Origin: Leptospirales bacterium
GTDB taxonomy: Bacteria; Spirochaetota; Leptospiria; Turneriellales; JAOUFE01
Reading direction: 5' to 3'
Length of the DNA: 64,000 nucleotides
Assembly: GCA_040326155.1 (NCBI GenBank)
Contig: JBEQLE010000012.1
Span: forward strand, 729-64,728
The position numbers and the translations under genes are program-made. The notes under the pieces are model-generated. The model did not search any database. It worked only from the letters and a program-made list of their open reading frames with translations, and was not told where the DNA came from. Position 1 is the stretch's first letter. Each line of letters opens with the position of its first letter. Shown here in pieces: positions 18,449 to 28,527 of this stretch.

Positions 18449-18679
18449 ATGAGAATGGCAATAATTAAAGATATCGATAAAGGCGGGGGCGAAATCATCC
18501 GCATAGAAATTACGGAGTATAAAGGTAAACACTACCTGAATTTGCGAGTCTGGTATACCGACAAAGAGACAGGGGATTACAAGCCTACCCAGAAGGGAAT
18601 AGCTTTAAAACCCGAATTTTACGCAGAATTAAAAGATGGCGTCTTGGCCGCCGAAGAAGCCCTGGCAAACCTGGATTAA
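18449..18679 (+). CDS. PC4/p15-like ssDNA-binding protein
   Basis: [30 protein letters not shown]4 signature. Confidence 0.85.
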   Translation: MRMAIIKDIDKGGGEIIRIEITEYKGKHYLNLRVWYTDKETGDYKPTQKGIALKPEFYAELKDGVLAAEEALANLD

Positions 18680-18681
18680 AT

Positions 18682-19005
18682 TCATCGATTTTCTCGTTTT
18701 TTTACGAGAACCCAGGGTTCGACAACAACGGCAAAAACATCAATGTCTTCTTCAAACCACACTTTGGCTCTTTCATCGGAAACTCCTGACAATAATTGAT
18801 CGTCAATCCACCTCTGGACTGTTTTTTTATCATTCAGGGAGATGGCAATCGCTGTATCAATAAGATTTAATGCAGGCGCAACTTCGAGTACGAGTCCCTG
18901 GGCAAACAACTTGTCAAGTTCGCTCCATTTTGCCGGACCTACCTGCTCGTGAAAATATTCTCTGAGGTTCTCTTCATTTTTCTCATCTGTTTTTTTTTGT
19001 TCCAT
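18682..19005 (-). CDS. DUF2288 family protein
   Basis: W..L..LFAQG, V...LNL, D....VQRWI and AVVVEPWVLV motifs. Confidence 0.8.
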   Translation of the reverse strand: MEQKKTDEKNEENLREYFHEQVGPAKWSELDKLFAQGLVLEVAPALNLIDTAIAISLNDKKTVQRWIDDQLLSGVSDERAKVWFEEDIDVFAVVVEPWVLVKKRENR

Positions 19006-19084
19006 AACAATTCTACCAAATTATAAAATAATCTATTGTCCGTTTGCTGGCAAGGTAACGCAGCTTTAGCTGAAAATAACGACT

Positions 19085-19591
19085 TTATCTATCTTCGATT
19101 GTATCTAAAATCGGGGTTAGTTCGGGGTGAATCGACTCATGAGCGCTAGCAGTGCGTAAAATAGACATCCCTTCGACTTCTACATGAATATTGGCCCCAT
19201 TTTCTAAAAGGAGTTTTACAATTTCAATATTGCCTCCCATAATGGAGATATACAAGGGAGTCCAACCCCGATCATTGGGTATGTTAATGTCGGCTCCTCG
19301 GCTTATAAGGATTTTTACAAATTCAAAACGCAGCGCTTCTTTCTGAGCGCCGGTTTTATTTTCAATGCTATCATAAAAACCGTTAATGGCATTATATAGA
19401 ATCGTATTTCCATACTCTCCCTGTATATTTACATTGACCCCATGGTCAAGGTGGTAAAGCACGGCTTTCGTATCGCCTTTTGAGGCATAGTGATGAACCG
19501 AATACTCTGTAAATTTTTTGCACTGTAATAAAATACCAGACAAAATACACAGAAATAAAAAATAAATAAATTTACGAACGCCAGATTTCAT
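19085..19591 (-). CDS. Ankyrin-repeat lipoprotein
   Basis: Signal peptide ending LLQC; repeats GVNVN..GNTILY, GADIN..GWTPLY, IVKLLLENGANI. Confidence 0.88.
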   Translation of the reverse strand: MKSGVRKFIYFLFLCILSGILLQCKKFTEYSVHHYASKGDTKAVLYHLDHGVNVNIQGEYGNTILYNAINGFYDSIENKTGAQKEALRFEFVKILISRGADINIPNDRGWTPLYISIMGGNIEIVKLLLENGANIHVEVEGMSILRTASAHESIHPELTPILDTIEDR

Positions 19592-19618
19592 AATTAAATA
19601 GAAACATATTCCTTTATA

Positions 19619-20038
19619 TTATGGAACGGCAGATCGTACGCATTGACCAATTCGGGCTTCGTATTTAGCGCCGTCGCCACACTCACAAGAGGTGGGGTGG
19701 CCGCATTCGTTTATGTCTTTTGTGCAGGTTCCCTCAGGCAGAGTAGAGCATTCGGATTCGACTGTGGTTCCGCCTGGTTCTCCCATGGCGATATCGAAAA
19801 CAATGCATTTACCGGTTTCGGCGCTGTATTCGTAATCGACCGGGCATTGGCATACAGAAGCGACCCCGCAGGAGTTGATATCTTCGGTACAAACTCCATC
19901 CGCATCCGGTTTAACCACACAAGTCAACTTTTGCATTTCCGGTTCTGTGTTAACAACTTCCTCTTTTTTACAGCATGCTGTTAATAAAAACAAGGCGGTG
20001 ACTGGTAACACTATGGTCATAACAATAGATTTTTTCAT
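19619..20038 (-). CDS. Cys-rich lipoprotein with two tandem 6-Cys repeats
   Basis: Lipobox LTAC; repeats CTEDINSCG...CQC...Y....GKC and CTKDINECG...CEC...Y....GQC. Confidence 0.75.
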   Translation of the reverse strand: MKKSIVMTIVLPVTALFLLTACCKKEEVVNTEPEMQKLTCVVKPDADGVCTEDINSCGVASVCQCPVDYEYSAETGKCIVFDIAMGEPGGTTVESECSTLPEGTCTKDINECGHPTSCECGDGAKYEARIGQCVRSAVP

Positions 20039-20264
20039 ATTTAATCCTTTTTATGTTCTTTATCAGTTCTATTCCATAATTTTTCTATGTATCCTGGAAA
20101 ATGGTTTCCGATGTTTTACATGAAGAGATGTTTTTATGTTAGGTCAAGAAGAAATCCCATGGAAAACTCATAGGAAATTGCTTCGGTCCCCAAGAAGAAG
20201 GATTGCCCTTGACCAGATGTCCGGGCTCCCGCATAAAGTAATCGAACTATGCCCTCAGGATATA

Positions 20265-21293
20265 ATGTTTAAAAATATTCCATATTATTCAAAGTTGGTG
20301 CTCGGTTCCTCCTTTCATCAGCCCACATTTTTACCCAACGTCATACGTCCTTACTTTGCAAATATTGAAGTGACCGAAAACTGTAATGCAAAATGCATTA
20401 CATGTGATTACTGGAAAAGTAAAAAAAAAGACACTTTATCATATGAACAGTTTACAAAAATATTCCATTCATTAAAAAACAACGGAATAAACAATATTCG
20501 CCTCACCGGCGGGGAAGCCTTAATGCGCAAAGATCTTTTCCGGGTATTGCAAAACTTTGATGCAAAAGATTTCAATCGGGTAACCTTGGCAACGAACGGC
20601 TTATTGCTGAAGAATAATTTGAAATCCTTGAATGACTCCATAATTACGAACCTGACCGTATCCTTAGACGGCTTAAATGAAACAAATGATACCATAAGGG
20701 GTGTTCCGAAATATTTTCAACGAGTTACTACCGCTTTATTAGAGGTTAATAAACCGATAAAAATTGTTTCCACTTTGACTAACCGCCTTATTCCTCAGCT
20801 ACGTGAGATTATCGACTTTTGCAAAAGCAAAGGCTACGGTTTTGATGTTAACCTGTTAGACACCAATCAATCTTTTTTCTCATCTGATTCGGTTAAAAAA
20901 ACCATTACGGATTTAATGCCAAACGAGGCAGAACTGGAAACCGCTTTTTCGATTTTACGGGAACACAAAGTGCTATCTCCCCAATTATTAAAATCGGCCG
21001 GGCAATACCTGAAAACGGGCAAATATGATTACCACCATTGTATGTTGGGATTTATGCAAATCGACATTGATGCACATGCCAACGTGAGGACCGGTTGCCA
21101 GATTTTTGACCCGGTAGGCAACCTGCTAGAGCAAGAATTGGATAACATCCTGACTTCGGAAAAATACCGTCGTTCGGTTGAAAAAATGTTTCATTTTGAC
21201 TGTCCCGGGTGTACTTGTGGTTATGGCATATCCGCATTGATTAATAAACCTATTCGTGGGGCTAGTTACTACATAAAAAGACTTTATTCATGA
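20265..21293 (+). CDS. Radical SAM protein with SPASM/twitch domain
   Basis: CNAKCITC, TGGEAL, TNG, VSLDG, C-terminal C..G...C...CPGCTCGY. ATG at 20265 (RBS AGGA) preferred; ORF is open from 20136. Confidence 0.88.
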   Translation: MFKNIPYYSKLVLGSSFHQPTFLPNVIRPYFANIEVTENCNAKCITCDYWKSKKKDTLSYEQFTKIFHSLKNNGINNIRLTGGEALMRKDLFRVLQNFDAKDFNRVTLATNGLLLKNNLKSLNDSIITNLTVSLDGLNETNDTIRGVPKYFQRVTTALLEVNKPIKIVSTLTNRLIPQLREIIDFCKSKGYGFDVNLLDTNQSFFSSDSVKKTITDLMPNEAELETAFSILREHKVLSPQLLKSAGQYLKTGKYDYHHCMLGFMQIDIDAHANVRTGCQIFDPVGNLLEQELDNILTSEKYRRSVEKMFHFDCPGCTCGYGISALINKPIRGASYYIKRLYS

Positions 21294-21320
21294 AACATTA
21301 TTAACATACGTAACAAATCA

Positions 21321-22511
21321 ATGAAACCTTTAAAAGAACAATCAGTTTTAGTTGTCAGTGATCACCACATTTTTTCGCATAAAAATAATTATTTTCTGAA
21401 AAATGTATTGTTCTTCAGATTTTTAAAAAACTTTAAATCTTGTTTCTCGAAAATAGCGATTAGCGCTCCTGTGGTTTTCAAAAAAAATATTGATAAAGAA
21501 AGTTATTATGACTTTAATGAAAATCACGAGATCTACTGCAGGCCACCTTATTATCGCCTCTATATATACTATTTGTTTTTTCCTTTTTATTCCGTTATTA
21601 ATTTTTTTATACTTTTAAACCATATTCGCAAGTTTGATATAATATGGATAGTTACTCCGGGAGCTTCGCAGTACGCCGCCTATCTTGCCGTAAAAATACT
21701 CCGTAAAAAACACTTTGTATACATCATTGGTAATATATTAGGGATACACACGACAGGAATACTCCTTACCTTCAAAAAGATAGTTGCTAAAAGCGAATTC
21801 TGGGCCAACAAAAAAATAAGCAAAAATGCGCTAGTCTACACCTTAGGGGAAGAATTATATAATTTGTATAAAACGAATAAAAATAGATGTGTCAAAGTTG
21901 CTACAAATTTAATCAGTGAAAATGATATACTTTCGTTTAATCAATTGAAAAGCCTTAAAACAGCGGGAAATAAAATACGACTTTTATCACTGACTCGCTT
22001 ATCACATGAAAAAGGGCTGGAGCTTGGTATCGACATTGCAGCCGCACTGCTGGCAAAAGGATTTGATGTAGAATACACTATTGTAGGTCAAGGTCCGTAC
22101 GAAACAAAAATCAAGGAATATGTCCGTCAAAAGTTATCTCCCGGTATTGTTAAATTTACAGGCTTTTTGAAGGACCGAAATACAATTTATGAGTATTATA
22201 GAAAAAGCGATTACTTCTTGTTAACGTCCTTCTCCGAGGGTATTCCCAAAACCCTTCTGGAAGCCCAGGCAACGGGTGTCGTAGTATTATCAACGAAAGT
22301 CGGCGGCACTTCCGATATTGTCGAAGATGGGAAAACAGGATTTTTGTTTTCTAATCGAGATCCTGAAGTTTTTGCCGCTAAGATAAAAGTACTTACTGAA
22401 AACCCGACACAAAAAGAGAGAATAATTAAATCAGCTTTACGCCATGCACGAGAGTCTTGCGCAGAGCAACAGGTAAAAAAAATTATCGATGCTCTTGCGG
22501 ATTACTTCTGA
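21321..22511 (+). CDS. GT4 (GT-B) glycosyltransferase
   Basis: RLSHEKG, IVGQGP, TSFSEGIPKTLLEAQATG (EX7E), VGGTSDIVEDGKTG. Confidence 0.9.
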   Translation: MKPLKEQSVLVVSDHHIFSHKNNYFLKNVLFFRFLKNFKSCFSKIAISAPVVFKKNIDKESYYDFNENHEIYCRPPYYRLYIYYLFFPFYSVINFFILLNHIRKFDIIWIVTPGASQYAAYLAVKILRKKHFVYIIGNILGIHTTGILLTFKKIVAKSEFWANKKISKNALVYTLGEELYNLYKTNKNRCVKVATNLISENDILSFNQLKSLKTAGNKIRLLSLTRLSHEKGLELGIDIAAALLAKGFDVEYTIVGQGPYETKIKEYVRQKLSPGIVKFTGFLKDRNTIYEYYRKSDYFLLTSFSEGIPKTLLEAQATGVVVLSTKVGGTSDIVEDGKTGFLFSNRDPEVFAAKIKVLTENPTQKERIIKSALRHARESCAEQQVKKIIDALADYF

Positions 22512-22571
22512 AATCATTTTTTCTACAATAGCGTCGGTATTAACTATTAAATCTCGTCTGAAGGAAATATA

Positions 22572-22763
22572 ATGCCGCAAAACAATAAGTCGTATTCAAA
22601 CTTGAATTTTCTTAGTCGCATGTTAATTACCCTTATTTTTTGTTTTGTTTCATTACATTGCGCTAATTCTGCATCGTCAGAAAACGGTGACAACTCTGAA
22701 AAAGCTCCACAAGATTATTCTACCATACAAACAGATATGAACCGAATTGCCGCTGAGAAATAA
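22572..22763 (+). CDS. Small putative lipoprotein (possibly truncated)
   Basis: AAGGA RBS, hydrophobic segment ending SLHC, short polar tail. Confidence 0.45.
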   Translation: MPQNNKSYSNLNFLSRMLITLIFCFVSLHCANSASSENGDNSEKAPQDYSTIQTDMNRIAAEK

Positions 22764-22848
22764 AGCAAGGCGGGAAACCTGCTTGACCCTACGTCTTTTA
22801 CTCTTTTTTTTCACCTTGTGACATTTTATTTGCCATAGTTATCCATTT

Positions 22849-24285
22849 ATGTTATTTCCAACGATATCATTTGCCTTCTTTTTCTTTTTTGTTTTAATCG
22901 CCTATTGGGCGCTTCGAGAAAATCGGCGAAAACAAAAACTGCTTCTTCTGGCGGCAAGTTACCTTTATTATGGGTTATTCGATCCCCGTTTTCTTATACT
23001 GCTTACCCTGTCTATTTTCTTCTCTTTTGCAATAGGAAAAATAATCTCCCAACATCCCGAAAAACAGATTAGAAAAAAATGGGCTATGATCGGTGTTACC
23101 GTAAACGTTTTATTCCTCGCCGTATTCAAATACTACGATTTTTTCCGCTCTTCGCTGGAAGACTTTCTGCTTTTGCTGGGACTGGAGTCGCATCTACCAG
23201 TTTTAAGTATTGTTTTACCGCTCGGCATCTCTTTTTATACTTTTCAGAATATAGCTTATCTTGTTGATTTATACAAAGAGAAATCGGGCCCTGCAAAAAA
23301 CCTTGTCGATTATATGCTCTATATTTCGTTTTTTCCCCAGCTCATTCTGGGCCCCATTTTACGTCCCAAAGAATTTTTAGTCCAACTCGAAGAAAACTCG
23401 CCTCAACGTATTCCCGAACTTTCAAAAGCCATAACGCTCATTTTTTCCGGTTATATTAAAAAAGTTTTTATAGCATCGTATTTATCGATTTTTATTGTGG
23501 AGGACGCTTTTACCGCCCCCGAAAATTTTTCATCATTTGAATTACTCATTGCGTCGTATGCTTACTCCATCCAGGTATTTTGCGATTTTTCGGGTTATAT
23601 CGATATGGGACGCGGGTTCGCTTTACTGCTCGGTTTTCGAATTCCAGACAATTTCAATAATCCATATGCTGCCACCAATATCGGCGATTTCTGGCGACGG
23701 TGGCACATTACATTTTCATCGTGGCTGCGAGATTATATTTACTTCCCCATGGGCGGTTCCCGAACTTCAAAATTGCGAACGTATTTTAATTTATTCATTA
23801 CCTTTTTACTCGGGGGTTTGTGGCATGGCGCCCACTGGAAATTTGTTATCTGGGGAGCCCTGCATGGAATGGCCCTGTCTACCTATAAAATTTCCATCGA
23901 TGTAAGAAGGTCTTTCGGGTTTAATGCCTCAAAAGAGCGCAAGCGTCCCATCTGGTATAAGTTAGGGGGATGGTTTTTAACATTTCATTTTTGCGTACTT
24001 GCCCGTATATTTTTTAACTCCCCTGACGTCGACTCGGCGCTGGTCTATTTTGGCCAAATGTGGCAATTTTCAGCGGTAAAACAAGGAGTACATCCATTGG
24101 TGTTTGGTTTAATCGCAGCAGGCCTTTCGTTGAACTTTATTGGAAATTGGGTTCAGAGCGGTTTTATATCTATACACGATAAAATATCCTGGTATTTTCG
24201 CCCACTCGCCTGGGCTGCCATTGCAATGCTTTTAATTGCTCTTCATCCCGGTTCTATGGCGCCATTTATTTATGCTCAATTTTAG
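22849..24285 (+). CDS. MBOAT O-acyltransferase (AlgI/PatA type)
   Basis: LPLGISFYTFQ, FFPQL..GPI, DFSGY.D, NFNNPY, FWRRWHI, GLWHG. Confidence 0.93.
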   Translation: MLFPTISFAFFFFFVLIAYWALRENRRKQKLLLLAASYLYYGLFDPRFLILLTLSIFFSFAIGKIISQHPEKQIRKKWAMIGVTVNVLFLAVFKYYDFFRSSLEDFLLLLGLESHLPVLSIVLPLGISFYTFQNIAYLVDLYKEKSGPAKNLVDYMLYISFFPQLILGPILRPKEFLVQLEENSPQRIPELSKAITLIFSGYIKKVFIASYLSIFIVEDAFTAPENFSSFELLIASYAYSIQVFCDFSGYIDMGRGFALLLGFRIPDNFNNPYAATNIGDFWRRWHITFSSWLRDYIYFPMGGSRTSKLRTYFNLFITFLLGGLWHGAHWKFVIWGALHGMALSTYKISIDVRRSFGFNASKERKRPIWYKLGGWFLTFHFCVLARIFFNSPDVDSALVYFGQMWQFSAVKQGVHPLVFGLIAAGLSLNFIGNWVQSGFISIHDKISWYFRPLAWAAIAMLLIALHPGSMAPFIYAQF

Positions 24286-24303
24286 GACATTTCAAAAGAT
24301 ATT

Positions 24304-25263
24304 ATGAATAAAGAAGATCATAAAAAAAAATTAGTTTCGGATAAACCAAAGTATCTGATTTTATCGTATTTGTTTTTAATCGTATTTTGCCTGCTTATGG
24401 GTTCTAAAAAAATTAGCGACTGGGTCTCTTCGACTCCCGTAGAAAACTCCTTTGTTCAATCGACTCTAATCACGGCAGCCAACGCGAATAAATTTGTTTC
24501 AGAGAACCTCGGTATAGCATATATAACAACCATATTGGAAAATTCCGTCAATGAAGTTAAAGACCTGAAACCGCTCAAATTCAGAAATTCAGTGGACGTG
24601 CTGCAATATATCGGCGTACAAGAAGAACAGACGAAAAAGATTTTGATGATCGGGGCTTCGTCGATACAACTTGAACTTGGCGGTCAACTGGAACGGAATT
24701 TAAAAAAAATTGAAGGTGTAGAAGTACTGCGCTTTGGTCAAAAATCAACAGGCTTGAACTGGCCTGAAAGACTCGACTGGCCCGCCAAAACAAAAGAGCT
24801 TTTAGCAAAGTTTAAACCCGACATTTTAATTTTCCAATTTGGAGGAAACGACTGTGTTCGAACCAGAAATCTATACGGGCCCGAAAAATACGCCAAATTC
24901 AAAACCGATTTGTGGAGAGAAATCTACATTGAAAAAATAGGCAACCTCATTAGCATGTTTCGAGAAGCCGGCGGCCGCCACGTGATCATTCTCGGAATGC
25001 CAACCATGAAAAGTCCTAAGTTTGCGAAGAAAATTAAATACATGAATGAAACAACTGAGATTGCCGCGCGCGTTCATGGAGCATATTTTTTACCGCTCTG
25101 GGAAATTTCTGCCGACAAAAATCTGGACTATCGCGAATATTTTAAATACGAAGGTAAAACCAGAGCCATTCGACATCCCGATGGTATTCACTTTACCCGA
25201 TACGGCGCACGTTATGTATCTGCCATAATTGTGGAATCTCTGCGCAAATACCTCGATTTATAA
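24304..25263 (+). CDS. SGNH hydrolase-like periplasmic O-acetyltransferase partner (DUF459 type)
   Basis: N-terminal TM; IGASS (GDS-like), STGL, GGND, DGIHFT; directly follows the MBOAT gene. Confidence 0.8.
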   Translation: MNKEDHKKKLVSDKPKYLILSYLFLIVFCLLMGSKKISDWVSSTPVENSFVQSTLITAANANKFVSENLGIAYITTILENSVNEVKDLKPLKFRNSVDVLQYIGVQEEQTKKILMIGASSIQLELGGQLERNLKKIEGVEVLRFGQKSTGLNWPERLDWPAKTKELLAKFKPDILIFQFGGNDCVRTRNLYGPEKYAKFKTDLWREIYIEKIGNLISMFREAGGRHVIILGMPTMKSPKFAKKIKYMNETTEIAARVHGAYFLPLWEISADKNLDYREYFKYEGKTRAIRHPDGIHFTRYGARYVSAIIVESLRKYLDL

Positions 25264-25271
25264 AAATCAGG

Positions 25272-25355
25272 AAGGGGGCGAATGTTTTATTTTCATTTTG
25301 TTATCTTTCTAAACCCCCTTGCCTCCGACCCACTGGTTCTCCGTCAACCCCCCGG
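25272..25355. repeat. Intergenic repeat, copy 2 (see 10292-10388)
   Basis: AAGGGGGCG...AAACCCCCTT..CGACC..GTTCTC..AACCCCCCGG. Confidence 0.6.
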
Positions 25356-25472
25356 TCAATATGAAGATCCGTATCTATTGTAGTGTCCTCTTGAGGTTAA
25401 AACGAATTTTATTGACACATTGATGAACAATTAAGATATTGACTAAAAATATCGTATTTCAGGAGAATCAAA

Positions 25473-26168
25473 ATGAGGGTACAAGTTTTATTCACTATTC
25501 TAATTAGCTTATTCATGACGAATTGCTTTTTCACCTATGGTCAGGTGAAAGTGACCGAAGATAGCTACAAAAACAGCACTATAGTTACTGTGGATTTAAA
25601 ACACCAATCTACAGAATTTAGAAAGTCGTTATTTTATTCACTCTATAGTTATGCTGCCATTTCTTATATAAAAGAAATAAAAAAAGGTAAACCGGTTTTA
25701 CTAAAGCTGGTTGTAAAGATTTATGGAAATTTAATAAAAGCCGGAAGTCTACTGGAGAATAAAGGTTTTGTAAAAATCAATGGAAAACAGATTTCTGTAA
25801 AACTCGCAAAAATTGACAGTAGTTCCTCCACAAGTTCCTCTACAACATCGAGTACAGACTATAGTGGATCAGGTAAATCAGCATACACCGATTATACTAA
25901 ACCTCAGGGAAACGACTTTGGTACAAATAACTATGGTAGAAGTAACCATGGCGGAGGCTCTACAAAAACTACAACAAGAACAGCAACTGTTCATTACGCT
26001 CTGGCTGAAATAGAACTAAGTACAAAAGAATTAAAAAAGTTAGAAAACTGCGAAGAGTTGGAAATGCGTTTTTACGTAAATTCTTTACCTATGACTTTTA
26101 CTGTAGCTGAAAAAGAATTAGATATACTAAAAAAGTTTGCAGCAACAACAGAAGCAGAAACAGAATAA
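25473..26168 (+). CDS. Hypothetical lipoprotein with Ser/Thr/Gly-rich insert
   Basis: AGGAG RBS, signal ending MTNC, low-complexity SSSSTSSSTTSST...GGGSTKTTT segment. Confidence 0.75.
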   Translation: MRVQVLFTILISLFMTNCFFTYGQVKVTEDSYKNSTIVTVDLKHQSTEFRKSLFYSLYSYAAISYIKEIKKGKPVLLKLVVKIYGNLIKAGSLLENKGFVKINGKQISVKLAKIDSSSSTSSSTTSSTDYSGSGKSAYTDYTKPQGNDFGTNNYGRSNHGGGSTKTTTRTATVHYALAEIELSTKELKKLENCEELEMRFYVNSLPMTFTVAEKELDILKKFAATTEAETE

Positions 26169-26178
26169 TTCTGTCTTG

Positions 26179-26220
26179 TTAAACTCACAGCAGGCTCTGT
26201 CGGGTCCGCTGCGAGTTTAA
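26179..26220. terminator. Probable terminator hairpin between convergent genes
   Basis: TTAAACTCACAGCAGG ... TCCGCTGCGAGTTTAA imperfect inverted repeat. Confidence 0.5.
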
Positions 26221-26343
26221 ATTATATTTCTTGATTTCGCAAAAATTACCTTTAAACACCCATCATAAATTACAGCATAGGTAGCTAACGATATTCCGGG
26301 TTGGGATAATCGAACCGGCGTAAACAGAGGAGGAGAGAATAAT

Positions 26344-27090
26344 TTATGGACACTGGTATCCGAACTTTTTTATCTCAAAATCATAAAGACCACTGACCAA
26401 CTCTATTGTTTTTGAATCATAATAGTCAGTCAATGAGAAATCATCTTTTCGAAATTTCGATTTAAACCGAGGTACCTGCTTAGAGTGGTAAGGTATATCG
26501 TTTTTTTTACATACTTCTTTTATACCATTTTCAATATCTTCAAAAAGGATAAAATAGTCAACGCAAACGCGGTTGTCGATCATATACTTGTCTCGGTCAT
26601 TCACCCACCCTCCATGTTGAATCCACGAACGGAATCTCTCAATATGTGTTTCACCCTCTGCTTGATAAAAGGGATGCGCGATATGTAGCTTTTTTTGTAT
26701 GTTAATTTTTTGTTTTTGTCGCCAGGACAAATTCTTTTCTTGAGCAACCATGTGGTGATAACGCGAAACGAGTTTATCAAACGGATTTCTCATTGTAGAA
26801 AATTTAAAATAACTCTCCCATACATCATTTCCAATTTGTGTTTTAATCTGTCCGGCTGACATATGCTCGTGCCACTGCTCGTGCGGAAATATTAATTTTA
26901 CCAATGCACTGCGACCAGCTTTACCCCGATTACCAATAATACCATGTTCACTCACATACATTTGTCTGGAATGAGAAAGACTCCACTCGCCTTCGGGCAT
27001 ACAATATTTTTCAAAATAGGACTCTACACTCGTCCCGGCTGTCTTCACTGTTTTAGTAAATATAAATTTTTTTCGGTGACTAATTAACAT
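26344..27090 (-). CDS. Sulfotransferase family 2 protein
   Basis: FIF...KTAGTSV (5-prime PAPS-binding), FSTMRNPFDKLVSRY (3-prime PAPS-binding), terminal FGY. Confidence 0.85.
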   Translation of the reverse strand: MLISHRKKFIFTKTVKTAGTSVESYFEKYCMPEGEWSLSHSRQMYVSEHGIIGNRGKAGRSALVKLIFPHEQWHEHMSAGQIKTQIGNDVWESYFKFSTMRNPFDKLVSRYHHMVAQEKNLSWRQKQKINIQKKLHIAHPFYQAEGETHIERFRSWIQHGGWVNDRDKYMIDNRVCVDYFILFEDIENGIKEVCKKNDIPYHSKQVPRFKSKFRKDDFSLTDYYDSKTIELVSGLYDFEIKKFGYQCP

Positions 27091-27155
27091 TGCTTATTTT
27101 TCCACTCTTTCAAAATGTAAAGAAAAGTTTTCTATAATTCTGAGACCAACCAAAG

Positions 27156-28346
27156 TCAGAGTTTAACCTTTATTTTCGATGCTCCATTTTTAGCTTTAAT
27201 ACGAGCCTCTTCAATAGAACCTGCCCTGGCGCAAACAACACCCATACGACGTTTACCTGCAAGATCGGGTTTACCAAAAAGACGAAGTTGAGTACCCGGC
27301 TCTTCAAGAACTTTTTCAAGATTTTCAAAAGAAGGTGAATCCGAGTTACCTTCAACTAATATAACTGCTGACGCCGAAGGTCCGAAAAATTTAATTTCTG
27401 GAATAGGTAAGCCAAGTATAGCGCGAGCGTGTAATGCAAATTCTGATAACTCCTGTGAGGCAAGTGTTACCAGCCCGGTATCATGCGGTCGCGGTGAAAC
27501 TTCAGAGAAATAGACATTCTCACCTTTGACAAAAAGCTCCACACCAAATATTCCAAGTCCGCCAAGTTCAGACGTAACCACTTTTGCAATATGGCGAGAT
27601 TCTTCCAGGGCAGTTTTTGACATCGGGTGAGGTTGCCAGGACTCCCGGTAATCGCCATCAATCTGAATATGACCTATAGGTTCACAAAATGATGTCTTGA
27701 TCTCATCCCCGTCTTTATGACGTATCGTAAGCAAAGTAATTTCATAATCGAAATTAATAAAACCTTCGACAATAACTTTCCCTTTTCCGGCCCTGCCACC
27801 TTCGAGTGCGTAGTCCCATGCTTTTTGAATATCCTCCGGCTCTCTGACTACGCTTTGCCCTTTTCCGGAAGAACTCATAATCGGTTTTATTACAAAGGGA
27901 AACCCTATTTCGTCTGACGCTTGAACAAACTCATCATAAGTTTCGGCAAATCGAAAAGGCGAGGTTTTTATACCCAGGGTTTCAGCGGCCAACCGACGTA
28001 TTCCCTCGCGATTCATGGTCAATTGCGTAGCCCTGGCTGTAGGTATAACGGTGTACCCTTCTTCTTCAAGCGCGGCGAGAGTATCGGTGGCAATGGCCTC
28101 AATCTCGGGTACAATAAGGTCAGGTTTTTCTTTTTCGATTATTTCACGAAGGGCTTTTCCATCAAGCATAGAGACAGTATAATTTTTGTGAGCAACATGC
28201 ATTGCAGGCGCGTTTGGGTAACGATCAAGGCAAACAGTTTCAACACCAAAACGCTGTAGTTCAATGACAACTTCTTTACCAAGTTCTCCCGAACCGCATA
28301 ATAAAACTTTAAAGGCATTCGAAGCAAGTGGTGTTCCAATTTTCAT
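27156..28346 (-). CDS. purT: Formate-dependent phosphoribosylglycinamide formyltransferase
   Basis: [54 protein letters not shown]. Confidence 0.97.
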   Translation of the reverse strand: MKIGTPLASNAFKVLLCGSGELGKEVVIELQRFGVETVCLDRYPNAPAMHVAHKNYTVSMLDGKALREIIEKEKPDLIVPEIEAIATDTLAALEEEGYTVIPTARATQLTMNREGIRRLAAETLGIKTSPFRFAETYDEFVQASDEIGFPFVIKPIMSSSGKGQSVVREPEDIQKAWDYALEGGRAGKGKVIVEGFINFDYEITLLTIRHKDGDEIKTSFCEPIGHIQIDGDYRESWQPHPMSKTALEESRHIAKVVTSELGGLGIFGVELFVKGENVYFSEVSPRPHDTGLVTLASQELSEFALHARAILGLPIPEIKFFGPSASAVILVEGNSDSPSFENLEKVLEEPGTQLRLFGKPDLAGKRRMGVVCARAGSIEEARIKAKNGASKIKVKL

Positions 28347-28527
28347 GTCAAAACCTCAATTTGAACAAAACATTTTGTATACTATCATCAATTTCGAACC
28401 GAGATGTCAAGCAGGGTTATTGCACGCGCACCAAAAACTCTTTACAGCAGATGAATTAATTCCAAACTGATTCCTGATTATGCAGTGAACCTGGCATTGT
28501 AGCCTGGTTTATTGAAAAGAAAATTAC

